Source: Chrysomallon squamiferum (lineage: Eukaryota; Animalia; Mollusca). Taken from it: a stretch of 64,000 bases of DNA. The translations under genes and the position numbers were made by a program. The notes under the pieces are model-generated. The model saw nothing but the letters and a program-made list of their open reading frames with translations, searched no databases and was not told where the DNA came from. The stretch is from the NCBI GenBank assembly GCA_012295275.1, contig CM022672.1, positions 5,952,001 to 6,016,000 on the forward strand. Direction: 5' to 3'. Shown here one piece after another: positions 1-36,576 of the stretch; position 1 is the stretch's first letter; each line of letters starts with the position of its first letter.

Positions 1-240
1 AAAAAAAAAAAAAAAAAGAAAAAAAAAAAGATAAATGAAAAAATATATATATATGATTGTTGATACTTTCGTAAACATTTATTTGTTTGTTTTTGTTTAA
101 ATTCAAATTAAATAAATAACTAAATAATGTCTTCCCGTACAAAAGTAATAAATAAAATAAATTAAAGAACAAAACGAGGAAAACAAAACAAAACAACATT
201 AACAACACACACATGCACGTGCATGCACACACTCACACAC

Positions 241-245
<5 letters not shown>

Positions 246-325
<80 letters not shown>
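246..325. repeat. (AG)n microsatellite, representative of many (AG/CT, CA/TG, TA, TACA, AAT, poly-A/T) across the window
   Basis: Perfect dinucleotide run seen directly; similar runs at 4324-4404, 8934-9008, 10341-10404, 20720-20789, 21430-21502, 22508-22602, 25738-25822, 30708-30767, 48606-48689, 53797-53847. Confidence 0.98.
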
Positions 326-328
<3 letters not shown>

Positions 329-425
329 TTTTTCTTGTTTAAATAACGCTGTATTGTGTTATCATCATAATGAAAAATCATGTTGAAACAACTGTTCGCG
401 ACGTTTCTCATAAAAACAACGTTTT
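325..425 (-). repeat. Diverged partial copy of a short interspersed repeat (matches ~4090-4190 in reverse)
   Basis: Reverse complement (..GAAACGTCGCGAACAG..TTTCATTATGATGATAACACAAT..TATTTAAACAAGAAA) aligns by eye with ..GAAACATCGTGAACAC..TTTCATTATGATGTCAAAACAAT..TATTTAAACAAAAAA at 4106-4179. Confidence 0.75.
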
Positions 426-775
426 GTTCAGATTAAAATCAAACGTTCAAATATCATCTCCTATAAGCTTTCATTTTTCTTATATTAAAAGTAAATAAGC
501 GAGATCGTTATCAAGAGACGTCAAAGTGACGGGAAGGATTTTAATCACTGTAGTTAATTATAGAGCAGATAAAATAAATAATGATGATGATGATGACGAA
601 AGGTCGTTAATGAAAGTAGGGGTGGGCGGACACTAGATCACAGTGTATTAGTTGTCACGTATGAAATTACATATATTAACTCATAGCTCTGTACATATAT
701 TTACGTCAATTTCAAATAGCCGTACATTAATGATAAAAAAATGGTTGGATAATTAAATAATTAGCGTGGGTCTCT

Positions 776-1085
776 ATGTGTATGTGTGTACATATATATG
801 TATGTATGTATGTATATATATATGTATCTACACATACATTCATACATACATACATATATACATACATATACATACACACGTTCATCCTTCCATCCATCCA
901 TACATACATATACAAACACATTGCCAAGAGAAAATGTATTAAAGTTTTAAATAATACGTCAAGTACATACATACATACACATACATCCATACGTACATAC
1001 ATACACATCCATACATACGTACATACATACATCCATACATACGTACATACATATACATCCATACGTACGTACAAACACACACACA
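776..1085. repeat. Degenerate (TGTA)n/(TACA)n tetranucleotide tract
   Basis: Seen directly; it generates the spurious YV/HT ORFs. Similar tracts at 24600-24760, 55400-55590, 61860-62150. Confidence 0.9.
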
Positions 1086-1253
1086 TGGCCCAAAACAAAA
1101 TTTGTCAACGTAATAAAGTTAGGCATGATTCTGGCGCTGTAGTATCTGGCGTGATCTTACTGGTAAGTGACACCACGTGGCTGCAGTTGCAGAAATGGAA
1201 GGTCAGCCCGACACAGAATGTCAGTGATATAATACTCAGCTGACAGCTTTCCG

Positions 1254-1297
<44 letters not shown>

Positions 1298-1471
1298 AAC
1301 ATTTGTACAAACAAAAATAAGCGAATATGCTAAAATTGTGACAACTAATGACAGATTATTTATTTGATACACAAAACAGAAAAGCCTTTTGCTTGAAAAG
1401 CAGTTTACTACCCAGATGAAGAAAGTCATGCTTGAACGGAAAAAAAGATGTTCACACATGTAGTAGACGCG

Positions 1472-2432
1472 TCAGTAACTGGTGTGGCCACAATTAGCAT
1501 TCACACATTGTTGACAACGCCGGCGCACGCCGTTAGCCAGGTGTTGGAAGTAAGGTTGACGAATCGCTTGCGAATATGTAACTACTTGCTGACCTAGTTG
1601 TTGGAAGTTGACGTGATGTCATTGAACTCGACGCATACTCTGAGTGTGCTAAGTCTGGTGAATATGCAGACTAAAGACTGAACGTTCTGCTGCTGCTGCA
1701 GGAAGTCGGTCATCACGACGAGGTCTTCCGTTGTCGTCCTGGAACCAAGCTCCCGGTCCAGTCCGCTGTAGATGTGGATTTACAAAAGGTTGAACAATCT
1801 TGTTGAGATAACGCTGACCAGTCAAATTTCCGTTAATGATGAACATAGGGGTTCTCAGGTTCATGGATACGCCCGCCCTCTCCATTACACCTTCCTCCTC
1901 CAAATGGTAGACGTTGCAAAACGTTGACATCAGCAAATCTTTCTCCTTAACGACGGTAAACTCGAGCCCGGCCATCACTGAACTGGAACAAGTATCGTGA
2001 CTCATCTGTGACTAGTGTCTGCTTACGGTTCCACCGAATATGACGTCTGCACCAGTGAAGGCGAGCCCTTCTATACCGGGCAAGTAGTCGTGGTCGGACT
2101 ATAGAATGCAGACGATTCCTAAAGATCTGTCAGATACATTGTTGCCTGTAGCATCACTGAGTTGATCACGAAGATGCCGCGAAGTCACAAAACGCTGGCG
2201 CAAAGCTGTTATCATCAGGAAAAGGTCTTCTCTTGCTGTTGTTGATCGTGGTCTTCCAGAAAGGGATCGATTCTAAATAGAATTGGACGTCCTGAATCTC
2301 TTCCAGAGTCTCCCGATAACGCTTTGGCTTACATTTAGACAGCGAGCCACAAATCTTTCTTTAAGTGTGTCCGACTTGTAGCTAGCCAATGGCCTGTCCC
2401 CTGTCTTTCAAACTGACTTGTCGTCGAACCAT
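1472..2432 (-). mobile_element. Decayed Tc1/mariner (DD34E-type) transposase pseudogene
   Basis: Minus-strand translation from ATG 2432: MVRRQVSLKDRGQAIG*LQVG. Across shifting frames: SGRPRSTTAREDLFL, TDESRY (first catalytic D), GVSMNLRTPMFIINGNLTGQRYL, WFQDDNGRPR (second D), AYSPDL and terminal NANCGHTSY* (stop 1474-1472). Stops and frameshifts are present, the NPIE segment with the catalytic E is missing, and no TIRs are recognisable. Confidence 0.92.
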
Positions 2433-2768
2433 CTTCAGATTTAAAGTGATGATGAAAAGAAAATGCTCGTCGTTTTTATTGCTAAGATTGGCGTGCACTG
2501 AATTACACTCATGCTAAGCACGAAGAATATAACGGTTTCTCGCAGCCGAAGAAGCGGAAACGAATGCGGAGCGGATTGGTGGATGCTCGATACCGTCTTC
2601 CCTGAACAGCACACTGTGACAGCGGGTCGTGTCTGAATGGACAGCTCGCTTTACATAATCGTTAAAAATTTGCATCGCTGTCCCGTATTTCTGTCTACTC
2701 TAAAAGATTTGCTGAAAAACTGTTGTTACTTTTGCGGTGGCTAATTAATACGTTGATTAATTAATGCT

Positions 2769-2843
2769 GGTTCCGGACCATTTATCCGGCAAGAATAGAA
2801 ACGGATGATGACCCGGATTTCCGGTTTTAATCAGGTTTTCTGG
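2769..2843 (+). mobile_element. Eroded terminal fragment of the MITE family seen at 26386 and 34676
   Basis: GGTTCCGGACCATTTATCCGG (2769-2789) differs at 2 of 21 nt from the MITE end GGTACCGGACCAATTATCCGG, and is followed by CCGGATTT..GGTTTTCTGG as in the subterminal region. Confidence 0.7.
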
Positions 2844-4017
2844 ACAAAGGATTAAAATAAAATATAAAACAAATTAAGAAAAATAAAGAAAAGTGAACAA
2901 TGAAACTATATTTAATTGGAACAAATTAATACACTTTTAGAGCAGTTTTTTTACCCTGAATTAAACTGAACACATATGCATAAAAATAAAATGATATCTG
3001 ATTACCATTTTTAATCAACTGTTTGACGACATTTTTAGTGTATCCGTTATCAGCACTGTAACCTGAATGTTAATCTGAGAAAACACGGAATAAGCTAATA
3101 AAACTAAAGAAGATAAACCATTTTAAACGTTTCTTGTGTTTGTTGGAATAGTTTTCTTTTAACTAAATGTGATTCTATCTTCATTAGAGTGGACGTACAC
3201 TTTGTTTTCATGTCAGATACAAAAAGACAATGTAGTTTTATTCTTAAAGAAGAATGTGAGCAATATAATGGATGACAAAAGAGGAGAAAAAAGAAAAGAA
3301 ATGAACAATAGTTGAAAAAGAAGAAAAACAATAATCAGTTAAAGAAAGAAAAAGAGTAAAAAGAATAAGGAAGAAAAGATTATATAGGCAATAGATAGGC
3401 CCACTTCACACACACACACACACACACACATACACATATTGTCTTATAGGAATTTTCTTTCAATACAAATTTTAGTTTTAAACATTACAGAAAAGCAATC
3501 TTTCTGAAATATATATTTTTTTAAATATTAAATGAAATAAAATAAAACTATTAGTAATAAAACGGGCATTGTTGCGTGATTATTCAAACCTCTCTTACTC
3601 TGTCGCAAAAAAAAAAAGAAGAAGAAGGTAAATAAAATAAAAAGACATTTAAAAGTAAAACGAAAAATTAAAAATAAAAGAAAAAAGGGAAAGAAAGAAA
3701 AAAGTAAGAAAAAAAGAAAAGAAGAAGAAGAAGAAGAAGAAGAAGAAGAAGAAAAAAAAAAAAAAGAGAAAGAAAAATAGAGGTAGGATCAAACTAGGCA
3801 TTTGAACATTTTGAAATTTGTCACTGAACTGCGTCTGAACCAACGAAATTTTAGAGTAAAACCATCTGGTTTAAGAAAGAAATAAACATATAAAAGTAAA
3901 GAAGACTATTACTGTGTATATCATCTTTGCATTTCCTCTAATGCCCCTTATGCATATTTCATTTGTCTTTATTCAACTAGAATGATTTAAAACTAATAAA
4001 GTTTCTTTCGGCCTTTG

Positions 4018-4052
<35 letters not shown>

Positions 4053-4089
4053 TATGTGTGTGTTTGTGTGTGCGTGCGTGCGTGTGTGC

Positions 4090-4318
4090 AAACGCTGTTT
4101 TCATAGAAACATCGTGAACACTTTCGTCAGCATGTTTCATTATGATGTCAAAACAATTCGATGCTATTTAAACAAAAAACCAAACTCTCTCTTTTAAAGA
4201 CTTTTTAAACTGTACAGTTACTAAAAAAAAAAAAAAATGTTCGTGAGATGCGTCTTGTCTCTACTATGGTCACTGGATGTTTTTCTCTGTCTTACAGTTT
4301 TATCATTATTCTCTTTCT

Positions 4319-4325
<7 letters not shown>
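4090..4325 (+). repeat. Short interspersed repeat, longest copy, flanked by (TG)n and (CT)n
   Basis: First half matches 325-425 and second half matches 21535-21664, both in reverse orientation. Confidence 0.8.
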
Positions 4326-4407
<82 letters not shown>

Positions 4408-4598
4408 GTTTTGGCTACTATTATACAACACTGTAGCAATTTTAGATAATACTTTCGTTATAAAACTGTTCATGCACGTCTGTTATGGACACAGCTGCAG
4501 ATATCTGTTGGCATTAACAAACAAAATACGTCTTCCTCTTTCAGTATGGCGCGCAGAAAAGCATGCAGTCTCAGGACGTCTTTGATATATACCCGTCA

Positions 4599-4640
4599 TA
4601 CGCATGCGCAGTGACGTCGTCAATTTGCTCAGACGTAAGT
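4599..4640 (+). promoter_or_regulatory. Candidate promoter/first-exon end: NRF1-like site, CRE-like site and splice donor
   Basis: TACGCATGCGCA (4599-4610, 11/12 match to NRF1 TGCGCATGCGCA), adjacent TGACGTC (4612-4618) and GTAAGT at 4635, in a local CpG-rich patch upstream of the RTK exons. Link to the RTK gene is inference. Confidence 0.4.
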
Positions 4641-6306
4641 ATTTTGTTTAGTATCATTTGCATTTTGTTTGTTTGTTTTGTCGGTTTTTCTTTACATTTA
4701 AGGAGGACTTTACAAACGTCTGTATAAACAGTAAATCATTTGTAGCCGATAACGTACTGTGATAACATACATTTCCCTCAGTTAATCTGGAACAAAACTG
4801 TTAATACAGAGATGACATTATTATTATTATTATTATTGTTATTATTATTATTATTAATTTCTTCTGTGGAAATGTTTATGTATTTTGATTATTGGGTTTT
4901 TTTATACATTTTTTCATTAATGTTTTATATTTTGTTTTGTTATATATATATATATATTTATCGCAGATAATTGTGAAGTGAGTCATAACTAGTGGTTGGT
5001 TGTCAGTACAAAAATATTAAATGCAGTGATATGAAGAAGACCAATACCCGATGATTATTTTCTTTTTAATGTTTTCTTTTTCTTGCCCCACTCAGTGTTT
5101 TGTTCCCTTTTCATTTCTTCCATTGTATTACTGCCGTACAAACTTTTATTAAAGTTATGCTAAGGTTTATTAAAAACAAAAAACGTACTGGATGCTACAG
5201 AGGAAATCAATTTCTTTGATCAGTATTCGGAAGAGAATTCTTAAAGCTGAGAATATTACAAAGGTCTGACGGTGTTGTGATTAAACTGGATTATATGTTA
5301 ATTTGTTACGTGTTTTTTTTCGCGGCTGCTTTATTAACAGTTAGAGAAAAATAATTTCTTTGCTGATCTCTCACATTATTATTCCTTTCATCCCCCTTTT
5401 CACACTAAATGTCTTTCGTTCTGTTTTCTCTGCATCTTTAAATATCTCTTCTTTTTTTTTTCACTCTTTCTATATGTCATATATGTCTTCCTTTTTTTTT
5501 TACTTCTTGCTTTCTCTCAATCACGCTTTCAGCAGAATACATATAAACGTATATTGTCTATACATGTGTGTATGTGCATATGTACTTATGTATCTATAAT
5601 ATATATATGTTTGTATGCATGAATGTATATTTCTTTCTGTCTATTTCTCGTTTTGTTTTTTATGTTACTCTTTCTTTATCTGTAAGTCTGTGTGTCTGTC
5701 TCACGGTCTGTCTTTATATTTTCACAATTTCACTCTTATTCTTTCATCTTTTTTTCCTTTTTTCTCTTTCAAATTTTATTTTTTTATTTATCTCTTTTTC
5801 TTTTCTTTATTATTTTTTTTATTTCTTTCTTTTTAGTATTATTTTTAATTCTTCTTTTCATATTTCTCCATTGTTATTCTAGCAGTGACAAAGATATTCT
5901 GTCATATGAAATTGTGTTATATTGTCATATATATATATATATATATAAATTATTTTATTTCTGAAAACTGAAATACCCACTGGAAGAAGTATCAAATACT
6001 TACACATTCAAACCTGCTATCGAATATACAGGAATAAATCAACCTCTTGTTTATTTTTATTTTTTTACTATATAGCATTTTGTTGTAATCATGAATTATT
6101 ATTATTATTATTATTATTTTCACATTTATGTTCTTTGAAAGCTGTGGCGGTGAAACCATGGAAACGTAACACATTTACACGAACGTTAATTATCAAAGTT
6201 AATGAATCAGCGTTAAATAATAACTGGTGCATACAATAACTGTACTGAGAACGGTCACAATGTGTTAGATACTAGTTCAAGTAAACAGGCCACAGGCGTG
6301 TTATTA

Positions 6307-6353
<47 letters not shown>

Positions 6354-7370
6354 TGATGATGATGATGATGATGACAATGACAACACTAATATGCAATAAT
6401 AGTAGCAGTAGCAGCTGCAGAAGATGTAATAATTAACATAATCCTAGTAGTAGTAGTTGTAGTAATACTGTTAATAGTGGTAGATCTAGTCGTTTTTAAT
6501 AGTAGTATTTTAGAATTTCCTGCAGTAGCTGTAATTCTAGTGGCAGTAGTCCTAGTACTAGTACCATTAGCAGTATTAATATTTGTTCTGATATTAGGGG
6601 TAATGGTAGTAACAGAAATAGTAGTAGTCGTCCTAGTAGTAGTAGTATTAGTAGTTAAAGTAGTAGTGTAGTAGTAATATTAGTAGTAGTAGTAGTAGTA
6701 ATAGCAGTAGAAGTTGTAGCAGTAGTAGTACTAGTAGGAGCGATGGTTATATTAATTATGGTAATAGGGAACACTATATATATTATTATAGTTTAAGATA
6801 ATTAAAAAGATATTTGACATGAAATAGTCATTCATTTGATCAACAACAACATCGCAGATAATCATTAAAAAAAAGAGTTAATTATGTAGAATTTGACGAA
6901 AACACCCAGACAGTTTCAAAGGTCTTGCACTATATTCAAACAACGTGTCAATGAAAATAACGAAAGAAAGATGTTTTTAACAGTATAGCAGTTTGTCCAG
7001 GTGGTCACTCATCAGGAACGTAAGTTGATGTAATGCGATTAACACCATTCTTGTCTTCAGGATAATCGTATTAACGTCACACCAACCACGTCAGGCGTAG
7101 TAGCTACGTCTAACTGCGAGTGACGCCTACAGCGACATCGTTTGGTGAGCACGTAAACACAGTTCGATTAGGGTGAAATGGAATTTAAAAGATGTTATCA
7201 GAGATTATGAAGAACCTATAACGTTAACAAGTTCGCAGACTTCGGAAAAATCAATATTTTCTAAGAATTCGACTCATTTTAAATCCATTTTTAAAAAAAA
7301 AAAATTCTGAGAAAAAGAAATCTTGAAATGAATTAATATTGGTTTAACGACTCTTCGACTCATTTTAAAT

Positions 7371-7404
<34 letters not shown>

Positions 7405-7935
7405 CAAAGTAATTAATGACAAGTAATCTTTTTTTTTTTTTTTTTTTTAAATTCTGTATTATCGTCTTGTGAAAGAGAAAACTAATTACCACTACTTTAC
7501 AGATCACCGACTGGGGTTTTAGTTTGTCCAACACCAGCAAGAACTGCTCCTTATTTTACATTTGCCATAGACAAGAAAAAAAACAGAAAAAAAACACCAG
7601 TATCTGTCACGAGATATTAGAAACAGAACGGGACACAACTGTTCACGCTGTTAGAAACACACTCAGCGATCTCAAACAAATTCTCTAATCGCTTATAACG
7701 CAGACTGTTACAGATAATTCCTTATCTGACATGTGTTGTCAGACAGATGTCTTTTGACGCTTATTCCACGACGGTATAAAAAACATATACAACTTGAAAA
7801 TCGTTCACGCACACATCGAGAAAAAATAGAGCACCAAGCTCATATCCTCTGTCCGTGTTAATCAGATGTATATTTATATATGTTGCTTTGCTTTTAGAAA
7901 CAAGAGAGGACCTTTTTTTTTTAAATTATTATTCA

Positions 7936-8002
<67 letters not shown>

Positions 8003-8214
8003 TAAATAAAATAAAATAACAACAAAATAAATAAATACATAAATAAATAAATAAATAAAAAAAAAAAAAAATAAAATAAAATAAGAAAGCTGAAGGAATA
8101 TTATAGGAAATAATAATCAAAGCAACAACAACGACAACAACAACACCCTCAAAATAAAAAAATAATAACAACTAAAAACAAAATTAATGAAACAATCAAA
8201 AATAAATAAAAAAA

Positions 8215-8270
8215 GTTCTACAAATAGTTCTACAAATAGTTCTACAAACGGTTCTACAAACGTTTCTACA
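8215..8270. repeat. 12-bp tandem repeat (GTTCTACAAATA-like) x ~5
   Basis: gttctacaaata gttctacaaata gttctacaaacg gttctacaaacg tttctaca seen directly. Confidence 0.9.
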
Positions 8271-8786
8271 TAACTGGTATTTGTGCACTGACGGATGACG
8301 TAAATGAAGATTACACACTATGTAAAGCTTCACTGAGGCAGATAAAGACTTTGTCTCTAATCCTCTTAACCACTGACACATCGAGACAAGTACGATATCT
8401 GCACTGCGTAGGCACGACAACCGTGCTTAGACTTTCAAAATGTCGACTGAATTCGATATCGGAGGACGTCATTATCGAAATATCCACAGGTTAAATGTGT
8501 AATTTTGCCGTCTCTATCTCGTCATTACGGTAGAATGTATCGGAGAACGCGGTATTTTGATGGCAGCAGACGCACGCACACACGCACACACACACAGTGT
8601 GTTAGCTGTTACTGGAAATGTCTGACAGTGATTTGACTTAAAAACAAACGTTATCACCTCGGCAGGCCTGGGTAATGTAATAATGCCAAACACCAATCAT
8701 CTGTCATCTACCCATTGTAACAGCATTACTGGCCCCCCAGGGCACGAGAATGCACGGGGGACACTGAGTACACAATTATTTAAATG

Positions 8787-8823
<37 letters not shown>

Positions 8824-8932
8824 CATATACATACATGATATAGACATGTTATCGATATCACATTATGGTGCTAAAAATCAAAGATAGACTTATGATGATT
8901 TCTACAGGGTTCTTATTGCGGAAATTACACAC

Positions 8933-9013
<81 letters not shown>

Positions 9014-9707
9014 CAGTTCTTTTGAATAAAATCGATAATTGAAATTGTATGAGCAGCTATGAAAAAAGCAACTATGAAAGTCCCAGTGGACAAACATCGA
9101 TGCACATATTCTATTTTTCCCATCATAAGGTTGAATTATTTATTATGATGTTACTAATTAATTTTGTGTTATTTTCAGGGTTTTTTTTTCTTTCGTTTCG
9201 TTTTAAAGGTTTTATTTATCATTTTGTTCGTTTGGTTGTTTATTATTATCTTTATAATCATTAAATTAAATTGTAGATACAGTGTTTATTCATATGTTCT
9301 GAATTAGTTTTTAAAAAGGTCAGTTAAAAATATAAGAATTTAATTCAAAAATATTAATACTGATGATGATGCTGATGCTGATGATGTTGATGATGATGAT
9401 GATAATGATGATACTGGTAATAAATAATTTTCTAAAAAGTAAATCAATTCTGTATAAATGGTGTGCACGGCTGGAATGTCTAAGTCACGTTGACACACTA
9501 ACACACTAACACACATCCCTCCTATCTGCTGAACAGACAAAGTGCAGTAACAGATCTAAGCATCGTGCTGAGCTTCCAGTTGAAGAATGTATGTTGTAGA
9601 TCACGAGAAAAGTCAAAGGATTAAAAAGCCCATAAAGAAATCACTGACTACTTAATATCACACAAAACAGGGAACACTATATATATATTTTAATTCTTTC
9701 CTTTCAG

Positions 9708-33353
<23,646 letters not shown>

Positions 33354-33896
33354 TTTTTGTGCTCAGATCGGAATTCACACCAGTGAATGTCACTGGTTAA
33401 TTTTAAACAATTTCAAATTTATTCTTGTGACATTTACAGTTCGTGTGAAAAGATACTTATTTCTGAAAGTACCGTTCAAAGAAATAAGCTTGAACATAAT
33501 CACAATACTAAATCTCAGGGAACATTAAAGAGGAAAGAAAATTAGTTCTGAAAGAAAGAAAGAAAGAAAGAAAAAGGAAATAAATAAAGGTGAGGCAAGT
33601 CAGAACATGTTTTGAAAAGAACTAGAAATACAATTTCAGAATTTCAAATATGTTGTTATTTCAAACGTTATAAAGTCTTTCTGTTTTACTATTGTTATTG
33701 TTCTTTTTCCTGAATAATATATATGTATATATGCACACAAATACACACGCACATTGGCATTTAAGAAGTCTTATAGAATTTGTCATTGTATGAAAATTAA
33801 TATTTTAATAATAAAACATATAAATGTGTGTCTCTGTTGTTCTTTCAGTTTGCTTATCATCATCATCATGGTACTTTTGAAAAGCAGAATGTCTTT

Positions 33897-33951
<55 letters not shown>

Positions 33952-34675
33952 TTTTAGTTTTTTTTTTTTAAAGAAGTAAAAATGAGTGTTTGTGTGTAAA
34001 TGAGCGTATATGCCCGAGTGTTGTATGTTTTTTTTTTTTTTTTTTTTAAATAAATATTCTAAACAGTTTGATTGATTAACAATCGTCTATTAATTCTTAC
34101 CTAATTAAAGTCTCAAAAGGAAACCCGTTAAATTTGTCCATTAGTAACACTTTTCTCAGTCAGAAACCCCCCACGAAGCTTTACCTTTAATATAGCAATT
34201 GTCGATAATCGAAAGTGATCGATATATTTAAACGACTTCGCATCAGGTCACGTCTTGTTCATTTCATATAGAAAAAAAGATGGAAACTGGAACATACTTT
34301 ATTAAATCTTAGAATTAATTTTAAAAATCTCTAAAGTAAAAATTATATAAATAAATAAATAAAAAAAGATTAAAAGATCAAAATTAAAAAACCAAAAGAA
34401 GGGGAAATTAAAAAAAAAAACCAAAAAAAAAAACCAAAACCCAATAACAAATGAATGGAAGAAAAATTATTTAAAGTATCGAAAAATAAGCTGCATTATT
34501 TTTGTTTAACCTGAGCTTATCCGAGTCCTGTAGCTTCAGTGCTGAATATTCCGTAACCATAATTATTTCGCTCCATACACTATAACTGAAGAAATAGAGT
34601 AATAATGTTTTTGATACTTCCGAGTTACTAGTTTACTGTTTTGTGCGACCTATATTATGAGTCATAAAAGTACTA

Positions 34676-34953
34676 GAGGTACCGAACCAATTATCCGGCG
34701 TTGTGAAATCCGGAAGTTTTTTCCCGACTCTATTTTCATAGTTCGCGCGCGACCGGAACTACTCTTTCAAGCCGCGTGTCGTTCATTCACTCGCCGCTAT
34801 GTGCATTCGTCAATTTTCTTTATATTTTTAACATTAAAATGTTTAATAGTAATTATTTACGTATTTAGATGCCTTGGTACCAGAAAAACCGGAAAATCCA
34901 GAAATCCGGAATGCCTCAGGCCCAAGGAGTCCGGATAATTGGTCCGGTACCTG
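34676..34953 (-). mobile_element. 278-bp second copy of the MITE, inverted relative to the first, between the RTK and HAUS8 3' ends
   Basis: TA-GAGGTACCGAACCAATTATCCG ... CGGATAATTGGTCCGGTACCTG-TA; the interior is the reverse complement of 26386-26723 with internal deletions. Confidence 0.95.
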
Positions 34954-35743
34954 TATATGAAATAATAGTAAAACGTACCATTTAACAAATTAATATTGAC
35001 TCAGCCATTTTCTTTTTGCGTTTTTATTAAATAAATAATTAAAACTGAATCTCATCGATATACTCTTTTTTTTTAAGGCCCAGGAGACTGATCCGACATT
35101 GAAATATACACATTCAGTTAGATTACTAAGTGGCAATAAGTAAGTCCCTTTTGAGACTCACGACAGCTATTAGACAAATGTTAAGGTTGTGACATTTTGA
35201 TTTTTTCCACCAAGTTAATACTTCTGGGAGATTTTGTCTGAACAAATGAACCAGGAACTGTCCATTCTATCTTTTATCATATTATTGAATGGCAAGGAAT
35301 GTTTTATTAATGATGTACTATATAAAGTTTTTAACCTAAAGTTATACGGGGTCCGACGTAACAATTCTAATAATAATAATAGTAATAATATTGAAACAAA
35401 ATGTACTAAAAATAAAAAATAAAATGAAAAAATAATAATAATAAAATAAACAACTACAGATGAATATAAGTTTGCATAATTCCTTTAAGATACATATTGT
35501 CAGTTTATTAAATATTTTCTTAACAAAAGTTTGTTCTTTTAGATAATAAATCTGTTTATCTCTGTCTTTATCTCTCTCTGATGGTTGAAGCAGCAACATA
35601 TATATATATATATATTCATACATTATATATCTATTCCTCCCCATCCCTCTCTAACTCTCTCTCTCACACTGACACAGTACAAGTTTCATGACTATGAACC
35701 AAAGAGGTGAAGAATAACTCATGTCCACATTATGAATTTTCTG

Positions 35744-36534
35744 TTAATCATTTTGAATCAAATTTATCTTAAGAGAATTCTCCTCTGCTGACCGTGTCTG
35801 AAAAGTAGATACCAGTTCATTGCATCTGAAACAACAAATTATCTTCCATTACTCAGAAGTCGACTCAAATATATTTTTCTTTTTAATTTTTACATTTTTG
35901 GGTGATTTCCACCTATGTAACTTCATCCATTACAGTTATAGGTTGAGCATCTCTCTTTTGATACAGAATATTATATGACAGATTGGTTAGTTAATCTTAA
36001 TTTTATGTTTGCTTCTCCGAGCATCATTACAACAGAAACATATTTAAAATATTGCACAAAATTATCTTTGTACTAATTCTAATTATCCTGAAATTTAAGT
36101 GGTTTTACTATTTAGACATGAATTCATTCCTTAAACTATTTAATTATTTTTCAAAATTTGATGTAATTCACATGAAAGATGCTTAACATTTAGTAATTTT
36201 AAAATTTTGATTTTATAACTCAGTGAAACTGAATCATTATTATGAATACTGGCTGTTTATTTACATTCTGCAGTAAAATATATAAAAAATAAAAATAAAA
36301 TAAAATTCTATTCCAAACAGTTTACAAAGTATATCATTTATGCAGATTATGTCTGCATTTAAACTAATTCTGATACTCAGACCAGACCATTTATCCAGCT
36401 TTCAGAATGCCAGCTTTAGAAGTGCATTAAATACAATTGTATTATTCATTACTTTTCATTGTTTATTTTATATTTTAAAACTTAGTCCAGAAAATCAAAC
36501 AATTTGTGTCTGTTAGTGCTTAGATAACTGTGTT

Positions 36535-36576
<42 letters not shown>

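Noticed and set aside
1086-1162. MAQNK..GAVVSGVILL|GTAAGT as a possible RTK first exon
   Set aside because: Good donor, but the hydrophobic stretch is short and no linking exon with the first Cys-box residues was found.
727-1243. YV/HT-rich ORFs and the many SL/ER/CV/poly-F ORFs across the window
   Set aside because: Translations of microsatellites; no splice or homology support.
6477-6671. Val-rich membrane-like ORF (also 16986-17506)
   Set aside because: Degenerate (GTA)n/(CTA)n repeats.
33372-33397. Hairpin ACCAGTGA-ATG-TCACTGGT / CAGTGA loop as an iron-responsive element in the RTK 3'UTR
   Set aside because: Flanks of CAGTGA do not form the 5-bp IRE stem and there is no C bulge; an 8-bp stem can occur by chance.
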